From the IMG/VR virus record IMGVR_UViG_3300006865_000015, positions 1 through 52,803 of that record: 52,803 nucleotides of DNA, one strand, 5' to 3'. Below are positions 8,630 through 18,430 of the stretch, in pieces. This DNA is from a virus. Taxonomy: Duplodnaviria; Caudoviricetes. The notes beneath the pieces are model-generated. The model was not told the origin of the DNA, made no database searches, and saw nothing but the letters and a program-made list of their open reading frames with translations. Numbering within the stretch: position 1 is the stretch's first letter; every line of letters begins with the position of its first letter. The position numbers and the translations under genes are program-made.

Positions 8630-9113
8630 CAAGTGGCTTTCCCGCGCAATACTAGCAGCAACGTGTTCTCGCGACCTAGACCTCCGCGACCGAGTTGGCT
8701 GCGTGATTGTCGATGGAGAGGGCAACACAGTGACGGGCTGGAACCACACGCTGGACGGAACCTGCATGCGGGATGCAGCAGGAAAAGCACGCCCATTCGT
8801 GGTGCATGCCGAGACAGCAGCAATCCAGACCGTACTTAAGTTCTCTGACCCTCACCAATGGGCTTCTCGCTGGCAAGTGTACTGCACTAAAGAGCCGTGC
8901 ATGCATTGCCTTGTGCAGCTGGCTCACGCCGGTGTGCGTGAAGTCCATTACATCGATCCCATTCCTGAGAGCAAAAGTGGAAGAAATCATTTAAGACACT
9001 TTCCATCCATCGAAATATATCAACAGCATGCAGATCAACTTCCCCGACTTCTCCGAGTCCTTGGCATTTACCCTAGGAGCAGCACCGAGTCTCCTCCTTG
9101 CGTGGCTGCTTGA
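8607..9113 (+). CDS. dCMP deaminase-like protein
   Basis: VGCVIV, GWN, HAE and PCMHC zinc motifs. Confidence 0.85.
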   Translation: MSAIDKADKWLSRAILAATCSRDLDLRDRVGCVIVDGEGNTVTGWNHTLDGTCMRDAAGKARPFVVHAETAAIQTVLKFSDPHQWASRWQVYCTKEPCMHCLVQLAHAGVREVHYIDPIPESKSGRNHLRHFPSIEIYQQHADQLPRLLRVLGIYPRSSTESPPCVAA

Positions 9114-9216
9114 CCGTGAAGTTACTCAGCGAAAAGCCCTTGGCGAACTGGTTCGATCTCAAGCGAGAGATCTTGCCCTAGTTCAGCCAAGTAAGAACCT
9201 CCACTTTGGAGACTAA
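9028..9216 (+). CDS. Small membrane protein
   Basis: One hydrophobic segment; ends 2 nt before the next gene. Confidence 0.45.
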   Translation: MQINFPDFSESLAFTLGAAPSLLLAWLLDREVTQRKALGELVRSQARDLALVQPSKNLHFGD

Positions 9217-9218
9217 GC

Positions 9219-9737
9219 ATGGCGCAACCAATCACCCGGGTCAGGGTGACAGCCACCTTCGGTAAAGAGAAGGACTACAAAGAGCTGTTCCGTAGGATTG
9301 TACTTGACTACTGCAAACGGTTCCGAGTCAAAGTGACGCGCAAGCCGTGGGATGTATCAATCGTTGTTGCCGACTACCAAGGTGAAGACGGCTCTACAGG
9401 GATCACCTCAGTGCTCCCTGACGAGAACAAGATCATCGTGCAGATTCAAGACCCGTACTACGGCAACGTCAAGCTGCCCAACAACGAGATCCTCAACCAC
9501 ACTTTCATGGTAGTTCTGTGCCACGAGTTCGTACATTGCTGCCAAGCCTTGACAGGTAGAACGGGTATCCGAGCACGTGTGCTCATGGATGAAGATCTTG
9601 ACGATGAGCTCAACTACGCTGCGTACTTCTTCGACCCGGAAGAAATCGAAGCGCGAATCCTAGACGAGTACTACGTGCGACTGGTTCCTAACAGTTTGCG
9701 CGAGGCGCTAGGTAACCGAAACAAGGAGAACACCTGA
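9219..9737 (+). CDS. Zincin-like metallopeptidase
   Basis: HEFVH plus downstream PEEIEA. Confidence 0.75.
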   Translation: MAQPITRVRVTATFGKEKDYKELFRRIVLDYCKRFRVKVTRKPWDVSIVVADYQGEDGSTGITSVLPDENKIIVQIQDPYYGNVKLPNNEILNHTFMVVLCHEFVHCCQALTGRTGIRARVLMDEDLDDELNYAAYFFDPEEIEARILDEYYVRLVPNSLREALGNRNKENT

Positions 9738-11614
9738 TGGCAATGGTGTTTGACATCGAGACAGACGGCCTCTATCCCGGTGTCAGCATCGTCTGGATCC
9801 TCACGATGGAGGATACTAAGACAGGTAAGCAATGGTCGTTTAGTGACTATGATCCTGAGTTGCCACCGCTAGCTGAAGGTCTCGAACTGTTAAAGAAGCA
9901 GAAGATCATTGCGGGGCACAACATCATTGGCTTCGACCTTGTAGTCCTCAAAGAACTACTAGGTTGGGTGCCAGATCGTAGCACAAAGATCATTGACACT
10001 TGGATCTTGTCGCAGATGATGCGATGGAAACGAGGACACCCGCATAGTCTCGAAGGGTGGGGCAAGCAACTTGGATACCCAAAACAAGAGCACGAGGACT
10101 GGACGCAGTACAGCCCTGAAATGCGTTCTCGCTGTGAGACCGACGTAACCCTCAACGTGAAGGTGTACAACAGCCTGATCGATGAAGTTCAGAAAACAGC
10201 CAAGATCAATCCGCTCATCCATGATGGAATTTGGGTTGAGATGCGGTTCGCAGCAATCGAAGCGCGGATCCGTGTTAGGGGTTGGGAATTCGACATGGAG
10301 TCTGCACTTAAGCTCCGTGAAAAGTTAGCCGCCCGTATCAAAGCAATCACCGAGAAATTGGAGCCCAAGATCGGGTTAATCTGCGTTGCGGAAGACTCGA
10401 AGAAAGACTTCAAGACCGTCAAGATTCTGAAGGATGGTCGCTATGACAAGCACACTGCTAAGTGGTTCGGCGTCGCGCAGGAGGATGGGCAAGACGAGGC
10501 TAACCGTGTTTATGAAGGCCCATACTGTCGAATCTCTTTCCAACAAGGAAAATTGTCCTCCGACAAGGTACTCAAAGCATGGCTGTTCAGTCTTGGTTGG
10601 GTGCCCGACGAATACAACTTCGAGTACATCAACGGCAAGCGAGTTGACAAAGGTCCGAAGCTGACGGACTCCTCGTTGGAACCGCTCGGTGACATCGGCA
10701 AAGAGATCATCGAGTTCAACACAGTGAAGAACCGCTATGGAATTCTTAATGGATGGATTGAAGAAGTGGAGAAACGGGGGCGTCTCCATGGTCGTATGTG
10801 GTGCATTGGCACTCCTACCATGCGTTGTCGGCATGAAGTCGTCGCCAATATGCCTGCGCTCAAGTCAGACTATGGCCCAGAGATGCGGGGTCTACTTACA
10901 ACGTCGTTCGACGATACCGTACTAGTCGGCGCAGACTCTGCGGGCAACCAGATGAGAGGCTTGTGCCATTACATCGGCAACGATGAGTACACAGCAGAAG
11001 TTGTGAATGGTGACGTTCACAAAAAGAACCTTGAACCTCTCATGGAGTTCATCGACAAGAAGACAGCTGATACGTACGACAAGCAGCGAGACCGTGCAAA
11101 GCGGTTCCTCTATGCATTGCTGTTCGGCGCGACGGCAGGCAAGTCAGCTGAAATCTTGATGGGCTCTCGCAACAGCAAGATTGGCGAAAAAGCCCAAGCC
11201 AAGTTCGCTGACTCAGTGCCGGGTCTGAAGAAGTTCCTAGAAGGCAAGAAAGCCTACTTGGAGAAGACGCAAGCACGCTTCGGGAGAGAGAATGGTTTTG
11301 TACGTGGCCTTGATGGTCGCATTCTATTTTGTGATCAGCCCCGTAAGGTACTGATGACATTGCTACAGGCGGCAGAAGGCCTCACCTGCAAGGCTGCCGC
11401 TGTCTACCTGGAAGATGCGCTCATCGACGCAGGCATCAAGCACGAATTCCTCCTGCACTACCACGACGAGCTTGTCGTTGAAGTCCACAAGCGAAACGGA
11501 GAGCGTGTGAAAGCCCTTGCGGAAGAAGCATTCCGAGAAGCGCCTAAGTGGTTCGGTGTCTACTGCATGGATGGTACCGCGCAAATAGGCTACAAGTATT
11601 CGGAGATCCACTAG
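9737..11614 (+). CDS. Family A (T7-like) DNA polymerase
   Basis: Exo DIET and HNIIGFD; pol motifs A DSAGNQMR, B RAKRFLYALLFG, C HDE. Confidence 0.97.
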   Translation: MAMVFDIETDGLYPGVSIVWILTMEDTKTGKQWSFSDYDPELPPLAEGLELLKKQKIIAGHNIIGFDLVVLKELLGWVPDRSTKIIDTWILSQMMRWKRGHPHSLEGWGKQLGYPKQEHEDWTQYSPEMRSRCETDVTLNVKVYNSLIDEVQKTAKINPLIHDGIWVEMRFAAIEARIRVRGWEFDMESALKLREKLAARIKAITEKLEPKIGLICVAEDSKKDFKTVKILKDGRYDKHTAKWFGVAQEDGQDEANRVYEGPYCRISFQQGKLSSDKVLKAWLFSLGWVPDEYNFEYINGKRVDKGPKLTDSSLEPLGDIGKEIIEFNTVKNRYGILNGWIEEVEKRGRLHGRMWCIGTPTMRCRHEVVANMPALKSDYGPEMRGLLTTSFDDTVLVGADSAGNQMRGLCHYIGNDEYTAEVVNGDVHKKNLEPLMEFIDKKTADTYDKQRDRAKRFLYALLFGATAGKSAEILMGSRNSKIGEKAQAKFADSVPGLKKFLEGKKAYLEKTQARFGRENGFVRGLDGRILFCDQPRKVLMTLLQAAEGLTCKAAAVYLEDALIDAGIKHEFLLHYHDELVVEVHKRNGERVKALAEEAFREAPKWFGVYCMDGTAQIGYKYSEIH

Positions 11615-11811
11615 TGAGCTGGAACAACGTCATACCTTGGGAGGCACTCCCGCAGAACAGCGAGGCGCGCTGTGGCAAGGAATCACCTTCATCAAAAGAC
11701 AGACATGCTCCTGCTGAGCGTAGAGAACTCATTACACTTGCCAACCTAGAGCTTGCCGAAGAAATCATCATCATGAAAGAGGACGATGGCAAACCGAAAG
11801 ACAACGCTTAA
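11614..11811 (+). CDS. Hypothetical protein
   Basis: GTG overlapping the polymerase stop; MSWNNVIPW.. Confidence 0.45.
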   Translation: MSWNNVIPWEALPQNSEARCGKESPSSKDRHAPAERRELITLANLELAEEIIIMKEDDGKPKDNA

Positions 11812-12793
11812 CAACATCCTCCCTGCTGAGAAAAAGGTGAAAATGCCTGATGTTGACCATGTCGTCATCGACGGCGACTCTGCCGTCTATGCCGTGGCAT
11901 GGGGTCCAAAAAGTCAGAAGGAGATGGAAAGGATCTACGACCAAGGGATCACCGACATCATGGAATCGCTGGAAACACCAGCGGCTACAGTCTACGTCAA
12001 GGGCAAAGACAACTTCCGCTATCGGGTCGCACCTGCCTACAAGACAAGGCGTACTCAGCGAGAGATGGATCCTGACTATAAGAGGCGGATCGACAATCTC
12101 TATGCCTATGTTCAGGAACAATATGCCTGCGCAGATGGGGCGGAAGCCGACGACTACTGTTCCGTACATGTTGGCGAACTCCAAGCAGAAAAAAAGGTGG
12201 TCGTGCTGTCGCACATCGACAAGGATTTGAACATGATCCCTGGCTACCACTGGAATCCTAACACAAAGAAGCTGCGGCAGTATCGCCCGGACATGTGTTA
12301 CAACTTCCTTATGAGGCAGATCCTCATGGGTGATGCTGGCGACTCTATCCAAGGTATCCCTGGTATCGGCCCTAAGAGAGCTTGTGAGCGTCTGCATCAT
12401 CAGCAGCCTCAAGAATTCTGGGATACAGTAGTTGGTACCTACAAGAAGGAGTTGGGTAAAGACTGGAAGAAGGTGCTGGTAGAGACCGCCAACTTGATCT
12501 ACATCCGACAGAATTACGAAGACTTCCGCCCACTTGATTGGGATGAACTTCAAGACCGCCTCAAGTGGAAAGGCCCGCTCGACTGCCCCCACTTCCTGGC
12601 GCAGATGGACTATGAGGCAATAAGCATGGAACTGGACCATGGTCTCGCCCGCACGCATGGAGAGAAACGGCTATGGGGAGCACTCCCGACATTGGACACT
12701 GGCAGTGGGACGAAAGTTTCTCGCGCGAAGAAACAGCTAGCTTCGACCCTGAACATTATCGAGGCTTCATCTACCAAGTCACGTTCCTCCTAA
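11786..12793 (+). CDS. 5'-3' exonuclease (T7 gp6/FEN-like)
   Basis: IDGD, NFR..YK, EADD, DKDL, GD.GDSIQGIPGIG. Confidence 0.93.
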   Translation: MANRKTTLNNILPAEKKVKMPDVDHVVIDGDSAVYAVAWGPKSQKEMERIYDQGITDIMESLETPAATVYVKGKDNFRYRVAPAYKTRRTQREMDPDYKRRIDNLYAYVQEQYACADGAEADDYCSVHVGELQAEKKVVVLSHIDKDLNMIPGYHWNPNTKKLRQYRPDMCYNFLMRQILMGDAGDSIQGIPGIGPKRACERLHHQQPQEFWDTVVGTYKKELGKDWKKVLVETANLIYIRQNYEDFRPLDWDELQDRLKWKGPLDCPHFLAQMDYEAISMELDHGLARTHGEKRLWGALPTLDTGSGTKVSRAKKQLASTLNIIEASSTKSRSS

Positions 12794-13224
12794 CCGGAGA
12801 GAAGTACATTGGTAAGAAGGGGTTCCATCGCTATAAAAAGTCGCGGCGAGTAGGTCCATCTGACTGGAAGCGCTACACGACATCCTCGAAATGGTTGAAC
12901 GACCTAATTGCCGAGTATGGAATGGACTGCTTCGAGTTCAAGATCCTGCTGCTTTGCAAGACGCTGTCGTGTCTCTCCTACAGTGAGCAGAACCTCATGC
13001 ACAAGTGGGATGTCCTCACCGTTAAAGATCCGGTATGGGGCCTTCCCGTCTACCTGAACAAACACATCGATGCAATCAGGTGGATACCCAAACCATGTGA
13101 GAACCTCCAGAAGATCGAGAGGATCCACAGATTCAATACCGCCCTGGCTAAAGCTCAGGAAGAAGGAACCGAGCGGCCAGTATATTCTGAAGCCACAACC
13201 TCGCTTCGGTGCAATTGCGCCTGA
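12673..13224 (+). CDS. GIY-YIG endonuclease (T4 endonuclease II-like)
   Basis: GFIY..KYIGKK..SDWKRY..FEFKIL..E..N. Confidence 0.8.
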   Translation: MGSTPDIGHWQWDESFSREETASFDPEHYRGFIYQVTFLLTGEKYIGKKGFHRYKKSRRVGPSDWKRYTTSSKWLNDLIAEYGMDCFEFKILLLCKTLSCLSYSEQNLMHKWDVLTVKDPVWGLPVYLNKHIDAIRWIPKPCENLQKIERIHRFNTALAKAQEEGTERPVYSEATTSLRCNCA

Positions 13225-13237
13225 AAGGACTGATACC

Positions 13238-13492
13238 ATGACTACTAAGAAGAATGTCTCGACCAAAGTTGCCGACAAAAAGGAAGTCGTCATCGCGAAG
13301 CGGGGCTGCGGCTCCCGTCCTGGTGAGCCGCGCCGCAAGGTGACCACCGCCATTGCCAAAAAGATTATCGCCGCTGCTGCCAAGCAAGAAGCCAAGAAAG
13401 GTGGCAAGAACATCGCCGCCCTGGGTCGTCAATTCGAGCTCTCGACCGTGACGATCAACAACGTGCTGAACAACACGTACGGTTACATCTAA
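13238..13492 (+). CDS. Small basic HTH-like DNA-binding protein
   Basis: TGAAAGGA RBS; C-terminal IAALGRQFELSTVTINNVLNNTY. Confidence 0.65.
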   Translation: MTTKKNVSTKVADKKEVVIAKRGCGSRPGEPRRKVTTAIAKKIIAAAAKQEAKKGGKNIAALGRQFELSTVTINNVLNNTYGYI

Positions 13493-13506
13493 GCAGATCA
13501 CCTGCC

Positions 13507-13538
13507 GCCTGCCCCTCGCCGGGTAGGCTCACTTTTTC
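13507..13538 (+). terminator. Rho-independent terminator
   Basis: GCCTGCCC-ctcgcc-GGGTAGGC then tcacttttt. Confidence 0.65.
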
Positions 13539-13550
13539 TGAGTCCACAAC

Positions 13551-13730
13551 ATGCGCTACAAGGAAAAGCAACAATCCCGAGTTCCATTTGGCATTCCACA
13601 AGAGGAGTTGTACACTCTGAAATTGCCGGAAGACAATCGAGCTCGCATCAAACGACTGGCCCGTAATGAGCGAGACCACAAGAAGAGGGCAGTACGAGAG
13701 CGTCAGCTTGACAAGGACTACTGGAACTGA
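13551..13730 (+). CDS. Small charged protein (59 aa)
   Basis: MRYKEKQQSR..DKDYWN*; fills the gap before primase. Confidence 0.5.
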   Translation: MRYKEKQQSRVPFGIPQEELYTLKLPEDNRARIKRLARNERDHKKRAVRERQLDKDYWN

Positions 13731-13735
13731 GATCG

Positions 13736-15376
13736 ATGGCAAGATGGATACACGCAAACTGCCCCCGCTCTGATTGCGGTTCCAGCGACGCGTTCTCATA
13801 CAAAGACGGAGACAAGTTCGGCTACTGCTTCAGCTGCGGAGAGTCATCTCCTATTGACGAGGATAGCATTGTCCGTGTCAAGAAACCTTCAACCCGAGTC
13901 ACATCAATGACCCTGGACCAGATTCAAGAACTAGAGATCCGAGGCTTCGAGGAGCGGAAGATCAAGAAAAATGTTGCTGCTTACTTCGATGTCCGTGTGG
14001 ACTACGACGAGAGCGGCAACATCAAGGCGCACTACTACCCGTACACTCGTGATGGTAAACTGGTTGCCTACAAGCGGCGTACGCTACCCAAGAAATTTCA
14101 GACCATTGGCGACTGGAAAAATCTTGACCTGTTTGGCCAGTCTAAAGCGCGCGGTTCCGACCGTCTGGTCATCACAGAGGGTGAGATCGACGCCATGTCC
14201 GTGGCTGCTGCTCAGTACGAAAAGTACGGCAAATTCTACCCGGTGGTGTCATTGACGAGTGCTGCGGTCATGGAGCCCCTAATCCGTAACCGCGAATGGA
14301 TTCGCTCGTTCAAGGAAGTTGTCCTCTGCTTCGACCAGGATGACGCCGGTCGAAAGGCTACCGAGGAAGCTGCCAAGATCGTTGGCTATGACAAGGTAAA
14401 GATCTGCACGCTGCCTGAGAAAGATGCCAACGAAGTCTGGCTCAAGCACGGTGGGCAAGACCTGCTGAACGCCCTGTTCAATGCACAAACCTACAGCCCT
14501 GCCGGTATTGTGCGTGGCGAAGCCATCTGGGAACAGTTCACTGCCATCCAAGATGCTGTCATCGTTGCGTACCCGCCCGCCCTGGCCGGTCTGCAGGAGA
14601 AAGTACTGGGTATCCGCCAGGGTGACCTTGACCTGTTCACTTCCGGCACTGGTGCTGGCAAGAGTACCGTCATCAAAGAGATCATGCTCCACCTTCACGA
14701 GAAGACGGAAGACATGATTGGGCTCGTATCGCTGGAAGAATCTATTGGCGACACTGCCGAGAAGTTCGTCGGTATGGCGCTGAAAAAGAACCTTGCTCGC
14801 CTCGACAAGAAGCTCAAGACAGAAGAACTCCGCAAGGGCTTCGAACAGGTGTTCGGTGATGAGCGAATCATGCTGCTGGATCACCAAGGCGCGGTCAGTG
14901 ATGACAGTCTCTTGGACAAGATCGAGTACATGGCCCTCATGGGTTGTAAGTACATCGTGCTGGACCACATCACGATTGCAGTGTCAGAGGGTGCTGAAGG
15001 TCGTACCGGCAACGAGGCATTCGATTTCGTCATGAATGGCCTGCTGAAGATCGTGAAGAAGCATAACATCTGGCTCGGCGTGATCAGTCATCTGCGCAAG
15101 ACCGACAACAAGAGCAAACCATTCGAGCAAGGCTACATGCCATCCCTAGACGATATCAAGGGTTCTGGCTCCATCAAGCAGATCAGCTTCAACGTGATCG
15201 CTTTCTGTCGAGACATGACGCATGCTGACGCAAAGATCCGCAATACCATTCGGTTCCGTGTGCTGAAGGCGCGACGATCAGGCGACACTGGTGACGCAGG
15301 TGCAGCCAGCTACGACCCCAAGACGGGCCGTCTATCAAAGAGTGACATCACTGACTCCGACTTCGAAGAGGAGTAA
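13736..15376 (+). CDS. T7 gp4-like primase-helicase
   Basis: Zn finger CPRSDC..CFSC, TOPRIM EGEID and DQDDAG, Walker A SGTGAGKS, DHI, SHLRK, acidic tail. Confidence 0.97.
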   Translation: MARWIHANCPRSDCGSSDAFSYKDGDKFGYCFSCGESSPIDEDSIVRVKKPSTRVTSMTLDQIQELEIRGFEERKIKKNVAAYFDVRVDYDESGNIKAHYYPYTRDGKLVAYKRRTLPKKFQTIGDWKNLDLFGQSKARGSDRLVITEGEIDAMSVAAAQYEKYGKFYPVVSLTSAAVMEPLIRNREWIRSFKEVVLCFDQDDAGRKATEEAAKIVGYDKVKICTLPEKDANEVWLKHGGQDLLNALFNAQTYSPAGIVRGEAIWEQFTAIQDAVIVAYPPALAGLQEKVLGIRQGDLDLFTSGTGAGKSTVIKEIMLHLHEKTEDMIGLVSLEESIGDTAEKFVGMALKKNLARLDKKLKTEELRKGFEQVFGDERIMLLDHQGAVSDDSLLDKIEYMALMGCKYIVLDHITIAVSEGAEGRTGNEAFDFVMNGLLKIVKKHNIWLGVISHLRKTDNKSKPFEQGYMPSLDDIKGSGSIKQISFNVIAFCRDMTHADAKIRNTIRFRVLKARRSGDTGDAGAASYDPKTGRLSKSDITDSDFEEE

Positions 15377-15379
15377 TCA

Positions 15380-17578
15380 TTGGATCCTGTTGAATACCTC
15401 ACGCAACGAGTTAGCAAGGTCACGCTGAACTCGAACAAGGTCTTCAATGAGGGAGCACGCATCCTGGCCCATCACGAAGGTTGGGAGGCGCTGCTCCCTA
15501 GCCTAGTGGACCTTGCATGGGACACCCTTGTCAAATTCGCCGTGCGATCGAAGATGAGCATTGCGGGTAACACCGTGAAGCTGACCTTCATCTCTGACGC
15601 CATCGGCAAGATGATCTGCCGCAAGATCGGTGCTGATGAAACCGACTACAAGAGCACCCTCGCTCTCGGCGACTTGCTGCTTGAAGCCTTCCTGCAGGAC
15701 GAAGCGATAGACATCTATCGTGAGTACGAGGGTAGGCAAGCACCCTACGTGGTAACCGTCCTGAACATGCCCGAAGATGTTGGCACTCTCCTGCGGGGCA
15801 CCACCTTCACCAAGCCCGAGCCGGTGAAAGGACTATGGTCGCCCATCACGGGAGAACCCTACATCAAGGGCTGGACAGACAACGCCAAGTTCAAGGAACT
15901 ACTGGATAGACCTTTTGTTCGAGCGCTGAACAAACTGCGCACGAGAGCCTTCGAAGTGAACGTACCTGTCTATGAAGTGCTGAAGGCAAATCCACCACCT
16001 GACTTCTTATGGTTGTGTGACAGTGATGGTGTGCTGTTCAAGCAGAGCATTTTGGGTAGCCTACCGCCGCTGAAGAAGACGTTCCACAAGGACGGCACAA
16101 AGTTCCTGGGAAAGAAAGACGCTCGTCTACAAAAGGCGCGCTCCAAGTGGTTCGAGTACCAGCAAGTTGTGAAGAAGGCCGAGCTTGTCATCGCGGAGAA
16201 CAAACCGTTCTACCAAGAAGTCTCTTGTGACTACCGAGGACGGTTTTACTACTCGGAGACGCTGTTCGGTTATCAGGGCTCTGACATCTCCCGTGCGTTG
16301 TTCCTGTTCGCAGAAGGCACAAAGGTTAGTGAGCAAGGTCTTCGGGCCATGAAGCAGCATGCAGCCTCCTGCTACAACAGATCCTATACGATCCGTGAGC
16401 TCAAGAAGCTCCCCTGGTTGACTACCGACTACGTGGCTCACCTTGAGCAGGAAGGTCTCGACTCCATCAGCCTTGACAAGATGACGATCGAAGACCGAGT
16501 GGCCTGGGCTACGGCGCACATGGACAAAATCACCAACGAGTGGGCTTTTAAGTTGCAGGAGACTGCCGAGAAGCCATACCTGTTCTTGGCCGTCTGCAAG
16601 GAGCTACGCGGCTGGCAAATGGACCCCGACATGTTCGAGTCCAAGCTGCCTATTCCTCGTGACGCATCCAACAACGGCTGGCAACATCTGGCGGCAATGT
16701 CAAAGGATCGTGACGCTGGCATGTTAGTCTCGCTGGTCCCCACAAAGATCCAGAAGGACTTCTATGTCGCAGTGGCTAAAGAGATGATCCACGCAAGGCC
16801 GAAGTGGTACGCTGACAGGAACATCCCGATGAAGCACATCCGAAAGGGTATCGCCAAGAGGGGTTCCATGACACGGGCCTACTCTGCGGGTCGTAACCGG
16901 ATCGCTCGCAACATGTACGACGACTGCCATGTGGAAGGCTTCACCACGAAGTATTCCATTAGTGAGGATGACTGCTACGAGTTGTCTGGCGATCTGGTCG
17001 ATGCTGTGAACCACGTATGCGCTGGTCCGCTGAAGACGACAAAATACCTGCAGAAGATCGCAGCGCACGAATTGGACCAAGGTAAGGAACATCTGGAATG
17101 GACCACACCAAGTGGATTTCCGGTAGTGTACAAGGCAGTGCTGCAGCATGAGCATCGTCAGCGGGGCACTATCCGGGGGATCAAGGGCAACAAAGATGGT
17201 CGCATCATGCATGTTATCCGAGTTGATGTCATCAACAAAGAAACCGGAGGGAAGGTGCCATGCCGAAGAAGCTTCGCCAGCGGTATCAGCCCCAACTTCG
17301 TCCACTCGATGGACGCAGCCCACCTTGCCAACACGGTAAACGCGTTCGATGGTGCATTCTGTGCTGTTCACGATTCGTTTGCGACGCTGTGTGAAGATGT
17401 GGAGCTGCTGACGGACATCGCCAAGATGACCTTCATTGCTCAGTATGACGTTGAGAACTTCTTCGATGTGATCGACACCTTGCTGGTTGAAGACCGTGAA
17501 GCCTTTATCACTAAGCAACCGCCTCTTGGTACGCTAGACGTGAATGAAGTCGTTGACTCTGAATACTTCCTCTCATAA
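15380..17578 (+). CDS. Single-subunit T7-like RNA polymerase (732 aa)
   Basis: DYRGRFY, motif A DASNNGWQH, motif B RKGIAKRGSMTRAYS, PNFVHSMDA, motif C VHDSF, C-terminal EYFLS. Confidence 0.96.
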   Translation: MDPVEYLTQRVSKVTLNSNKVFNEGARILAHHEGWEALLPSLVDLAWDTLVKFAVRSKMSIAGNTVKLTFISDAIGKMICRKIGADETDYKSTLALGDLLLEAFLQDEAIDIYREYEGRQAPYVVTVLNMPEDVGTLLRGTTFTKPEPVKGLWSPITGEPYIKGWTDNAKFKELLDRPFVRALNKLRTRAFEVNVPVYEVLKANPPPDFLWLCDSDGVLFKQSILGSLPPLKKTFHKDGTKFLGKKDARLQKARSKWFEYQQVVKKAELVIAENKPFYQEVSCDYRGRFYYSETLFGYQGSDISRALFLFAEGTKVSEQGLRAMKQHAASCYNRSYTIRELKKLPWLTTDYVAHLEQEGLDSISLDKMTIEDRVAWATAHMDKITNEWAFKLQETAEKPYLFLAVCKELRGWQMDPDMFESKLPIPRDASNNGWQHLAAMSKDRDAGMLVSLVPTKIQKDFYVAVAKEMIHARPKWYADRNIPMKHIRKGIAKRGSMTRAYSAGRNRIARNMYDDCHVEGFTTKYSISEDDCYELSGDLVDAVNHVCAGPLKTTKYLQKIAAHELDQGKEHLEWTTPSGFPVVYKAVLQHEHRQRGTIRGIKGNKDGRIMHVIRVDVINKETGGKVPCRRSFASGISPNFVHSMDAAHLANTVNAFDGAFCAVHDSFATLCEDVELLTDIAKMTFIAQYDVENFFDVIDTLLVEDREAFITKQPPLGTLDVNEVVDSEYFLS

Positions 17579-17586
17579 GGACTCCC

Positions 17587-17742
17587 ATGAAAGACTGGAA
17601 AATCACTTGGTACGAGCACGGTCTCAAGACGAAGATCATTAAGATGACCAACATCTACAACCTTCCAATGGACCTCAGTGCAAACGGAATCCCCGAATGG
17701 TGCGTGATCAGAATTGAGCAAGTTCCTGCTGAGATTGTATGA
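17587..17742 (+). CDS. Small hypothetical protein (51 aa)
   Basis: TAAGGA RBS; ATGA overlap with next gene. Confidence 0.6.
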   Translation: MKDWKITWYEHGLKTKIIKMTNIYNLPMDLSANGIPEWCVIRIEQVPAEIV

Positions 17743-18116
17743 AACCATTCAAGACAGACTTCTTCTTACCAGGTAGCAAAAGGATATTTGTCTTCGGATC
17801 CAACCAGCTGGGCATACACGGTGCTGGTGCCGCTAAGTGGGCGCTCGACCACGCAGGTGCCAAGTGGGGACAACCCCACGGCGGTCAAGGTCAGTCGTAC
17901 GCCATCCCAACGAAGGACTTCAACATGAAACCACTAAGCCTGGACCATATTCGTTGGGGTGTAGAGGGTCTCATCCGAGAGGCACTCAAGAGACCTGAGC
18001 TCACTTTTTATGTGACGCCTATCGGTTGTGGTTATGCAAGACGAAACCCTGCTGATATCAAGCCCTTCTTCGAGGGGCATCCCGACAACATCATTCTACC
18101 TCCGGAGTTCAAGTGA
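17739..18116 (+). CDS. A1S_2505-family macrodomain-like protein
   Basis: IFVFGSN..GIHGAGAA, GQSYAIPT, VTPIGCG. Confidence 0.8.
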   Translation: MKPFKTDFFLPGSKRIFVFGSNQLGIHGAGAAKWALDHAGAKWGQPHGGQGQSYAIPTKDFNMKPLSLDHIRWGVEGLIREALKRPELTFYVTPIGCGYARRNPADIKPFFEGHPDNIILPPEFK

Positions 18117-18430
18117 CTATAGAACTGGTTCAGCTAAAGCAGGCACCTTCGCAAGATGGTGAGTATCTCAACATCGACCTCCTCTTCCAAATCGACGACA
18201 AGTGTTATTGGCGTCATATCGAATTGGACGACACGCCGACGGTACTTGCTGATGGGTCTACTGTTGCTGGCTGGAAGGAACTAATGTACATCATCAATAA
18301 GCAGCTAAAGTCTGTTGAGAAAGAGCACTTCCTCAATGCAGACGCTGTGACGCGGAAGCTGTCACCCGATCCGATCCATCCTGACCTGATGGACACGATC
18401 ATTCGCCTCGAACAGCTTGTCAAGGCATGA
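18113..18430 (+). CDS. Hypothetical protein
   Basis: Coupled to both neighbours. Confidence 0.6.
   Translation: MTIELVQLKQAPSQDGEYLNIDLLFQIDDKCYWRHIELDDTPTVLADGSTVAGWKELMYIINKQLKSVEKEHFLNADAVTRKLSPDPIHPDLMDTIIRLEQLVKA

Noticed and set aside
12673-12793. 121-nt overlap of exonuclease and GIY-YIG genes as an intron or homing element
   Set aside because: The exonuclease core is complete before the overlap and no intron motifs were seen
13907-13909. Internal ATG after the primase zinc finger (T7 gp4B-like start)
   Set aside because: No convincing Shine-Dalgarno upstream
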